Notes under the pieces: model-generated
The model's database searches: none
The model's input: the letters and a program-made list of their open reading frames with translations, nothing else
Told to the model about the DNA's origin: nothing
Program-made: the position numbers and the translations under genes
Part shown: piece by piece, positions 11,212 through 20,000 of the stretch
Numbering within the stretch: the first letter of the stretch is position 1
How the letters are laid out: each line of letters starts with the position of its first letter
Assembly: GCA_030167865.1 (NCBI GenBank)
Contig: JALAGF010000008.1
Location: 60,766 to 80,765 of the forward strand
Reading direction: 5' to 3'
DNA from: Craspedostauros australis
Taxonomy: Eukaryota
DNA length: 20,000 bases

Positions 11212-12085
11212 CTTCTTCTTCCTGTTCTTCTCCGAATTGTACGACGCAGGGAGAGAGAAAGAACAGAGAAGGGGTACGACTATGTGATGTGGATGACGAC
11301 GGTTGTTGTGTGCTTCTTCCACGCTCCGCTGTTCTCTGCGATGGTCGGTGCCGATAATAACCAGATTCGCGTGCGTTGGTGTGGTCATCAAAAGATGTTG
11401 AGGAATCAGTATCCACGACTCGAGTGACCCAAATGTTCAAAGATCGTACCCAAAAACGATCAAGTTCCCATCTGTTCCTCCTCCACCGTCACATTTCATT
11501 TCCATCACATTCCCTCCCGAGATCGGGCAGCCTCCCATGGTGTGAACATGAGTAAGTGGGTACTTCAACATGATCCCTGGAGAGAGGAGACCATTTGCAT
11601 TGCCCAACCTCGCTTCCATTTGCCTTGATCCAAGCGGATTTCGATTGAACGCAATCGATGATCTCTCGCTCTGTCTCATCGATGGCGATGCTCTATGTCT
11701 GCGGTACCAAAGTGCTGGAATTCCATCGAAGTCAAGATTGCGTTCCCAAACCTCGATCTCTGTGGTGTCACACGAATTTACAAACGCGGACATGATGCGT
11801 TTGATGCAGAGTATGCACTTTCATCTCTGGAGAGAAGAGCGTCGATTGTGATCCTTCACGTCGAAGAGATTCTCGTGAACGAGCGATGGTCCTATTTTCA
11901 CTTCGCACCATGTAGCATACTCACAGATCCAACTGTCTCCTCTCTCTCTTCGTCTGTCTCCATTTTCATTTGCATATGATCATCTCATAAAATCGGAAAA
12001 AGCAGAAACAACAACGTTCTCGTAACAATCTACATCATAACACGAATCTCCAAATCCACAACGAGTAAGTAGAATAGCGTCTACT

Positions 12086-13396
12086 ATGATCATCAAAACA
12101 ACAGCAGCCTCCATCATGGCAACTGCCACATCGTCATCATCATTGCCATGGAAGGCATCCGTGATGGTACCGCCAGTCCGGCCACTGGCACAGCGCATTC
12201 TGTCCAACCGCGAGTTCGACATTGAGTTCCAAGGCTACTTGTCGAATCATGCCAAGCATGCCATCATCGCGCTCGATCGATTGGATGCACCGGACGCCCG
12301 CGTGCAGGAGTATTGGGATACGTACACCACCTTGACGCCGTATAATCTGCCGTTGCATAAGATCGAGTGGGACGATACTCCTGCTGCGCCTGCTTCCTCC
12401 TCTTCTGTTCAAGAGTTCCTCGAACAACACCGTGGCAAGAAAGAGGCATGGCAAGAGATGGTGCTGATGTTGCAGCAGGAATGGATGGCATCATCCGGCG
12501 ATGGTGACAAGGATGAGGCCCTCCACAAGTTGGTGCGCGACCACGCGCCGTTGGATGGCATGGCCGGTGCCTTGACGCACGGCATCATCCACCTGGGTTG
12601 GGCGTTGGATGCGAAGAATCCGTGGATGACGTTGGAAGGACTGGCGTACCTGAACTTCTGCCATCTGCCCGTCGGTCCAGATCTGCAATCCAACGCGCAC
12701 GCGGACGAAGGTTCGCCGTTGGAATCCATGCAGCGCATCTGCCGCGACCCCGATCTCATCGCGAAATGGGTGACCGCGACGAAAGCCAAGTACGACGAGA
12801 CCTTCCATTCCGAGCTCGTGCCCGCCGGGTTCCAATGGCACCTGGCCAAGGTGCTGCACGATGCGCATCCCGTCGCCACGGAACTTCCGGGTTGGTTGCG
12901 CAGCCTGCCGCTGGACGTCGATGCACGCGGCAGCGTGTGGGAGGTGCTGTACGAATTCGTGACGTTGCTGTACCTCGCCACGCGCGATGGCCCCAACGGC
13001 AACTTCCTCGTGCTGCATCTGCTGACCTCGTTGTGGGGACTCGAGCAGGTGTCGCGCGCTTGTCTCGATTCGGAAGAGACCGTGCGTCAAGCCTTGGAGA
13101 CGTACTGGGCCATGACGATCTGCGTGGTGGCGACCAGCTCCATCGGCATTCCGTCCTTCGCGCAGCTGCAAGATACCGCAGCCCAATTCCCGTCGACGCG
13201 CGTGGATGATGCGCAGTACTCGTGGGACGCGACGGTCGCCAGGGGCACAGCCGAAGAGGAGGAGCACAACATCAAGCTCGTGTACGTGGCACGCGAATTG
13301 TGGCGCCGGTACGGAGGCTGGTCCGGGTACTCGGAGGCGGCCAAGTCCTTCACCCTAACACCCAACATTGGTCCGAGCAAAACCACCTTTGACTGA
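12086..13396 (+). CDS. Questin oxidase-family (DUF4243 / HypA / AflY-like) oxidoreductase, 436 aa, intronless
   Basis: Family His motifs in the expected order: YLSNHAKHAIIAL, GALTHGIIHLGWA, NFLVLHLLTS and EEHNIKLVY. Coding-like high GC3. Confidence 0.82.
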   Translation: MIIKTTAASIMATATSSSSLPWKASVMVPPVRPLAQRILSNREFDIEFQGYLSNHAKHAIIALDRLDAPDARVQEYWDTYTTLTPYNLPLHKIEWDDTPAAPASSSSVQEFLEQHRGKKEAWQEMVLMLQQEWMASSGDGDKDEALHKLVRDHAPLDGMAGALTHGIIHLGWALDAKNPWMTLEGLAYLNFCHLPVGPDLQSNAHADEGSPLESMQRICRDPDLIAKWVTATKAKYDETFHSELVPAGFQWHLAKVLHDAHPVATELPGWLRSLPLDVDARGSVWEVLYEFVTLLYLATRDGPNGNFLVLHLLTSLWGLEQVSRACLDSEETVRQALETYWAMTICVVATSSIGIPSFAQLQDTAAQFPSTRVDDAQYSWDATVARGTAEEEEHNIKLVYVARELWRRYGGWSGYSEAAKSFTLTPNIGPSKTTFD

Positions 13397-14168
13397 TTTC
13401 GTCGCTTTCAGTGGTGATGATCAGCCAGTATAGACACACTTTCATTGACAATTACAATTAGCGACAAACCTCTCATAACGATGTTAGACCATGAACACGT
13501 ATCCACACACACCACAAAATGTGGCTGGATGTCATTCGTGGATAAATTCACGATCACATGAAAAGGTTGCCTGGGCCGTTTTCGAGAGCGCAAAAGTTTG
13601 CATTCTGTCTTGTTTTTCTCCGACGCTGCTGCGAGTAGTCACTCATCCTTGAATCCTGCGTGTTTGGCGCCTTTCCATGCAGCCATGGGAAGGGTGACCA
13701 CAGACGATTATGACGCATGGTGTGAATAGTCCTCTCTGTAGCTCCCAGGATACCAGTGACGGAATGACGATTGCGGCCTTGGCGTCTCCCTCTCTACCAT
13801 AGAGGTGTGGTAGACTAAGTGTAGAACATCGATAATGATTGATAGCCCGCGGTGGTGATGCTGATAATGTACTTGTATCTCTATTCGTATGGTGGGTATT
13901 ATGATTTGGAATGGTATGGTATCGTGTAGTTGATGTGAAGGTGGGTGTAATGATCTGTCGTGCTGTGTGTTGCTGCAAGCGCTCCCGTTTCATTCTCCCC
14001 CTCAGCTTCTCTCTACCGTAGGCACGGTGCAATGAATGCGCTGTGGACGATAGGTGAACATGTAGACGTACCCACTGCGTTTAGTCAACGGGTAAACTCA
14101 TGCGTCGCTGGGTTGAGCATGCGGAGCAATTGCGCTACTCTCAAGCAGAGCAGAACCGCGCAAAGGTC

Positions 14169-15542
14169 TCAGACTTGAAGCCTCTCGAGGTCATCCAAAA
14201 TCCCGACGAAACACAGCACCAAACCAGCATCCTGACCAGGTCGCACCACGAGCTCGCGGTACGACTGCTCGTTCTGCATGGTCGCACCCAGCACGGATGG
14301 TTCGTTGGGGCAGTGGACGATTCTGGCGCACGTGATGACGGACTTGGTCTTTGTTTCGGTGATGCGCTGCTCCTTCTGGATCGTCGTCCACTTGGTCTTG
14401 CGCCGTCGCAAGATGGGGGCAGCGTTGCTCCTGTTCTTGCTGTTGTTGTGCGTGTCGATTGTGTGGATCTGCTGGTAATGCTGCTTGGCGGTGTACTGCG
14501 TGGAGACCTGGTTGACGTCGCGCACTCTGGCTTCCGCGGCGCCGCACTCGTGCAGCATCCAGCTGACCTTGGTGCAGGACGCGCCGATCGGGATGGCGGA
14601 GCCGCTGCCGGCGGACGAGGAGCCCGATGACTTGATCGACTGCTGGTCTTCCTCCGCGATGGTGGCGTTGTTGCCGTTCTCGGTGGTGACGATGATGTGT
14701 CCCCAGAAGTAGAAGTTGGGGTACCTGGCGGATGTGGACTGTCCCTGCCACAGCGAGCGCTTGGCGTAGACCTTGTATCTGTAGGAGGGGATGGAGGGAG
14801 AGCCGGGGCTGGTGAGCGCGTGGATGGGGTTGTGCGCCTGGCGGAAGACGATGACGGAGGCGGACGACGAGGCGTCCTCGTTCTCCATGGTGTCTTGGAT
14901 GGTGAAGACGTCGTCGATGTTGGGCAGCCTCGTCATGGTGGCCATGATGGAGGGGTTGGTCCTCGAGGTGAGCTCCAGCGACTGGCCGCAGCTGGTGGGG
15001 TTGTCGTTGATGTCGTTGTCGCCGGAGACCCTGGAATGCAGCGCGTAACGATGCGAATCGTCCATGAGGATGGGCACAGACGAGCAGATGCGCGTCATGA
15101 AGGGCTGCAGGCTCTCCGAGGTTTCTTCTTCGTCATGTTCTCCGCTGGCGCTTGCTTGCTGCCGCCGCAGGAGCTGCGTGTGGGCGGAATTGGTGCGGTG
15201 GAACGACCGTCTGAAGGCGCGCGGGTAGGATGCGACGGACGGCGGCAGCGAGAATTCGTCCGATGAGTAGGCTGTGCTTGGGATGGACAGCGACCCCTGG
15301 CTGCTCTTGCTCGTCCGCCGCTGCTTGCGACCCCCCAGGCGCCGTCCGTACGAGTTCTGCTGCCCTCTGCCCCTCCGTCTCTCCGGCGTGGATGCGAAGG
15401 ACGACGATGATGGCTGCTGCGGAGGTGTTGCTCGGGAGATCAGATTGCCGATCACTCCTCTTCTGTGGTTGTTGCCATTGCTGTCGCTGTGGCTGCGACT
15501 GCGGTCCTTGTTGTTCCATCGTACTCCCAGAAAGCCCGGCAT
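14169..15542 (-). CDS. Hypothetical protein, 457 aa; disordered S/R-rich N-terminus and tubby C-terminal-like (LURP1/scramblase-fold) C-terminus
   Basis: Long GC-rich ORF. C-terminal ELVVRPGQDAGLVLCFVGILDDL resembles the final strand-PG-D-hydrophobic helix of Tub_2/LURP-one-related domains. The CDS is well supported and the domain call is tentative. Confidence 0.75.
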   Translation of the reverse strand: MPGFLGVRWNNKDRSRSHSDSNGNNHRRGVIGNLISRATPPQQPSSSSFASTPERRRGRGQQNSYGRRLGGRKQRRTSKSSQGSLSIPSTAYSSDEFSLPPSVASYPRAFRRSFHRTNSAHTQLLRRQQASASGEHDEEETSESLQPFMTRICSSVPILMDDSHRYALHSRVSGDNDINDNPTSCGQSLELTSRTNPSIMATMTRLPNIDDVFTIQDTMENEDASSSASVIVFRQAHNPIHALTSPGSPSIPSYRYKVYAKRSLWQGQSTSARYPNFYFWGHIIVTTENGNNATIAEEDQQSIKSSGSSSAGSGSAIPIGASCTKVSWMLHECGAAEARVRDVNQVSTQYTAKQHYQQIHTIDTHNNSKNRSNAAPILRRRKTKWTTIQKEQRITETKTKSVITCARIVHCPNEPSVLGATMQNEQSYRELVVRPGQDAGLVLCFVGILDDLERLQV

Positions 15543-15696
15543 CGTGATGTTCTGTTGCTGTTGTGTTGGTGTTGGGTCGATGCTCTATTGATCTTGTGTT
15601 GATCTGTTTGATTATGGTCTTGTCACGATCAGTTGGAGATTCCTTCGTTTTGGTTTTTTTTGCTTCTGCCTCTGTTGTCGCTGTTGTCGCTGTTCC

Positions 15697-15779
15697 CGTG
15701 GTTGACTGTTGTAGTTTATGCACTATGTGTTGCTGTTACTGTTGTTGTCGTGGTTGACGGTCGCAGTTTATGCACTATG
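15697..15779. repeat. Imperfect direct repeat, two 31-bp copies with a 52-bp period
   Basis: cgtggttgactgttgtagtttatgcactatg (15697-15727) versus cgtggttgacggtcgcagtttatgcactatg (15749-15779): 28/31 identical. Confidence 0.85.
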
Positions 15780-18700
15780 CGCTGTGCAGCTTCTGTCGTG
15801 GTCGTGCAGGAATGGGCGTGTTGTCACAAGTACTGCGATGTTACCTTGTGAATTCGCAAACGTTGATTCTCCGTAGTTGGGATTTGTGCCCGTGGCTCGC
15901 CACTCCCTTTCTGTTCTCGTGGGTGGGCAGCACAAGTACGAGCTAAGCCCTGTGTGGTTTTCATTCAGTCGTTTTCCTGCTTTTCCGCTGGCGTCACTCG
16001 TGCTGGCGGGACCTGTGCTGTATCTTCACCACGCTACTGTGAATGCCACCTGCCCCACCTCTTCTGTCCGCGCTCGTTCGCTTCACGCTACAGTCGTTGT
16101 TGTTGTTGTGCCCAAACAATTCCACTGTATGCCAGTACCCCTCTCTTCCCCAGACTGCGACTCAATTCTGAGTGGACCGCCATGTCTTTGCCTTGGCGCA
16201 TGGGGCCAAACTCGATCGAGTTCACGGCTCCTCTATCTGGGGCACGCAATTTGTTCGTCACGAAGCAACGCGCGAATGCCTCTGCGACATTCACATGATT
16301 CTCGCGACGAAGCTCCATTTCTGTCCTTGTTGTCCAACATCGCACGGTGTTTCGCTTGCTCGATTTGTCGCCTTGCGTGCATCTCAGCCTCGCGTGTCCA
16401 CCAACCTGCGCCTGATATCTTCGGAGATCTTCCGCATCGCCTGTTTGCAATAAGTCGGAGGTCATTGTTGCATGCATTCTTCGGGATCCGCCATGGTGTC
16501 TTCGCATGTTTCGTGTCGTGGAGCAACGACAAAAACTTGAAAGCGCGGCATGGTACCAAGACGGTCCTCGCCGACACGCCAATAGCTCCGCGATGGAGGA
16601 GTTTAAGCCCATAGTATACTCAATATTATGCTGACGATTCATCGTGTGAATGAGATATCTTCAACACGATACTGAATAGTACCACCGTCTGAGGTCATGC
16701 CATCTTGTCACCTCAAGAGAACTCGGGATTAGACATAGTCGCTTGTACTATCGGAACTTCTCATTCTACGACCCTCACAAATTCTCACTGATTAATTGAT
16801 TGCATGACATGGTGGTACACACGCTCCGGCCATGTCGCCGTGTGTGCACTTTCGTGATTGTACCGCTCCAATCAAAGCAGGTCACTTGTGCGTGTTGGGG
16901 CTCTATCACACCAAGCATCGCACAGCTGGTGCCCATCACCACGTCAACCATTCGTTGTTGTGTCGCATTCGTTGGTTCATCCGGAGATTCGATGAACGTT
17001 GATAAAGTGTGCTTCAAACATCGGAAGCGCCACAAGAAGCAGCGCTTCTCAGCATTCCTAATGCGATCCCATACAACCCTTGGAGACAACATCCTATTTT
17101 GTGTACCCTGCTTCACACGCACTCCAGAAGAGAGTGGTCACGCAAGCGCAAGTGTTTCATCTGCCAGCTCGATTAAACAGTGCCCCAAACTGCATCGAGG
17201 GGTGCCACCCTGGCCACGATAGGAGTAAGGTAGAGACAGTGCTGAACGTGATACACTTGAAATACGATCCAGCTCTCACACGCACGCACCAAATGACAGA
17301 GAATTGATGCAGGCGAACTTTCTCAGTGTCCAACAAGGACAAGTCGCCGAGAGAGGGGCGCCTCCTCGTGTTCGTCGGATGCGCGGCGATCTTGGAGCAT
17401 GTATGGCATGAACGGTATATCATGTATGGCATGTACCTATGGATACGAGCCCTTGCAGCATACGAGTAGGGCAGGTGGTGATGGTTCAAGGGTCACCAAT
17501 GTTGTACCATTCGTCAGCCATGGTTGATGGGTGGTTGCGGATGAGAGGCCGATCTCACCTTTCGATCTGCTTGGAGTCTTTCGCTCGTATCCGTTGTCCT
17601 TTCTGTCTCCAATCCATTCTTCCACGCTTGACACGGATAAGCCCACGAGATCCACAAGGACACGATCTCCAATCTTGTGCGATGCTCCACTCGGTTCCAT
17701 CAGCAATCGCTCCAACCCATTCCACTCACCCTTCTGTGTGCCGACTTTTGTTACCGCAAGTGTGCTCGTTTTGATGCCACACAAGACAAGCGGCACGATC
17801 ATGGCTGTCGCGGGTGGCAAGCATCCACGAGAAAAAGACGTCCAGGATGATCATGGATGTTGCCAACACCATCCCCTGACAAATTTCCTCCTCCCTGTCG
17901 CGGATGAAAACGACTCGGTCCCATTCAAATACCAACGACACATGAACGGCAAGAGCAACATTAGAGCCCCCGTCTTCTTTGAACTCAAACCGATCATGGG
18001 AGCGACTCCGTCCGTAATACCGTCTTGGGCGGCGACTGCTGACATTGCGACCATGGCATGGTGCTGACCATTGGTGCCACAACACAACGCAACATTCTGT
18101 CCACCGTGATGAGCGATGCCCTTGGCGCCAAGCTCCAACGCTTTCACTCTTGATTTGTCACAGGGATTCACAACACGAACTATTCACTGAGGTGAGAGTG
18201 TGGCTTCTCCTTGGCTTCCGTCTCCCAAACGGCCACAACAACAACAACAATGGCAGCCACAAGAACCAGGGGTGACATTGAGATCGCACACATGTGCTGC
18301 ACAAATCAGAACATCCACACTCACGCACATTCGCGCAGAGAGCTTCTTTTTGCAGTGATGTGAGACCTTCGGTGGAAACGCCATCATGAACACAGGAGCC
18401 CCAGCGTGTCCCATGGATGTTCGTTCCTTTTTCTGGGTGGAAAGGACGAAGGAACGTAATTCCAAACAGAGAGAACTTGCGATTCCACAAAGGTGTGCGA
18501 GTGGCTGTACTCTCCTCGTATGTAAGGTTATTACCGCAAATGCGCTACTCCATTCAATCCCCAGGGGCGGTGGAGAAGGAACTTGTGAGCGACACGACGA
18601 ACCAGAAAAGTCCGATGGCGCTGATTCCTCCCCAGAGTTGTTCTCACGCGGATGGAAACGCCCACAAACCTGAAGCGCCTCGCGGATCGCTATCGTCGTT

Positions 18701-19867
18701 GGTATCGCTGTCGTTGTTGTTCTGTTCGTTCAGTTTTTCTGTTCTTGTGGCCCTGCCCCATCGAAAGGTGAATGGCAAGGCGCCAACCAACCAACATGCT
18801 CGAACCCCCAGCCTTCGCTTCTTGGGCGAAGTCGGTCCCCCTGTGCTGCTTGTGCGATGGGCTTTCATCCTTGAGCCTCTCGTGGAAATCGAAGTAGTTG
18901 GCTCCTGTTGCATCTCTGCGTTCTGCCTGCGATTGTTGGCACCTGTAAGGGCATGCAAGGACGTCTTCTGTTTGTGGATGTCAGAGTGAACATCCGTGTG
19001 TTAGTTCGCACTCTTGCTATGCACACACGACCGATCGATCGATCCGGCTTGGTAGGTCGGAGTGCGCCAGGGTCTGTACCACTAACTGTGCTGTGTTGTG
19101 GCTGATGCTGCGGGGGCCGCGACTGCACAAATGATGCACTCCGCGATGCTCCAATCTCCAAACGCAACGAATCTAAAATTTGGCTCCAACAAGGCAACCA
19201 CCAATGACGTCGGGAGACCGTTGATCTTTCTTTAGCGTCTCCGAAGGCTGTGGTACAAGTAGGTTTTGAGGATTGGCATCGATGGGTTCTCTCACACTTG
19301 CTTCGTATCTATCGCATTACTATCCGCACTCGTGGTAATCTCTACTTTATTCTACTCTAGACGATTTCGCACCCTCATCGTGTGTCAACAGATCGTCAGC
19401 GATTCAAGAGCAAAGTCATCGTTGCGACACCTGCCACGGACTTGGGCTGTGTATCTTCTCACGGATGCTTGATACCACTGCGCTTCCACATCTGTGCAAG
19501 TTCTTGATGGCAGAGGCCAACTTCATCTTTCTCGTAGCGATCTATACACACCACATTATCAGACCGTACGTCATCAGGTTCAAAATCAAACGTGCATTCC
19601 TACTCGTGATACAATACTTCACAAGACTTGAGAACGATCACATCACAAACAACACATCAAAGATCTCGACACCTCCGACGTGCCAAGCCGCAGACCCAGA
19701 GATGGATGTATCCACACAAGATGACGCACCGAAATGGCGATCCGATACTTCCAATTGTGCACGTGCTGTCCCCAACGAAGAGTGCAGTAAGCGATAACAG
19801 TCCGAGAGGAAAGACAATATCCAGTTCTGCTCTTCGCAACGATCACCAACGCCAAGCAGCAGGAACA

Positions 19868-20000
19868 ATGGCCACGAAAGCGACGATCGCTGTGCCATTG
19901 GCTCGGTCAACCACCATTCCCACCGTCATCATCTGCCCAGGAAATGGATGCTCCAACATCCGCCAGTGCAACTGGTACGGGAAAATCGAAGACGAGCTGA
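19868..20000 (+). CDS. RBBP9/YdeN-like alpha/beta serine hydrolase, 5' end only (runs off the window)
   Basis: Translates MATKATIAVPLARSTTIPTVIICPGNGCSNIRQCNWYGKIEDEL, matching the RBBP9 N-terminal pattern (VIVPGNG...WYGW...EL). Missing from the ORF track because there is no stop in the window. In-frame upstream ATGs at 19706 and 19721 are alternative starts. Confidence 0.8.
   Translation, partial: MATKATIAVPLARSTTIPTVIICPGNGCSNIRQCNWYGKIEDEL

Noticed and set aside
11212..11391. 60-aa upstream extension of the phosphatase ORF
   Set aside because: It would bury the signal peptide that starts at 11211; more likely 5' UTR that happens to be open.
10505..11440. 311-aa and 243-aa alternative-frame ORFs overlapping the phosphatase, and similar ones within the other GC-rich genes
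   Set aside because: R/A/G-rich off-frame readings expected in GC-rich coding DNA.
17398..17433. 13-bp direct repeat CATGTATGGCATG x2 as a possible CRISPR repeat or target-site duplication
   Set aside because: Only two copies separated by 10 bp, in a eukaryotic context, with no cas or transposase gene.
18030..18050. TGC-TGA-CAT-TGC read as a C-U-H-C selenoprotein motif
   Set aside because: The same frame has several other stops nearby, there is no thioredoxin-like context, and I see no SECIS element.

Overview
Eukaryotic nuclear DNA, very likely a diatom (probably pennate), judged from GT-AG spliceosomal introns, bipartite signal+transit presequences with ASAF-type cleavage sites and a plastid-type GapC1. 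Contents, left to right: two identical tRNA-Glu(CTC) genes 829 bp apart; a 3-exon plastid SRP receptor (cpFtsY) with a long basic C-terminal tail; a 2-exon plastid GAPDH (GapC1) with a dense cluster of bZIP-type sites upstream; a 789-aa orphan with a possible C-terminal PH/GRAM-like domain; a plastid-targeted HAD-IIA phosphatase (phosphoglycolate phosphatase-like) head-to-head with an intronless questin-oxidase (DUF4243/HypA/AflY)-family gene; a protein with a tubby-C/LURP1-like C-terminus; about 4.3 kb with no recognisable gene; and the 5' end of an RBBP9-like serine hydrolase running off the window. I saw no CRISPR array, intact transposon or prophage. The best leads are the questin-oxidase-family gene, the cpFtsY tail, the LRGG motif in the phosphatase presequence and the GapC1 promoter. 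All family calls come from motif recognition by eye, not database searches.
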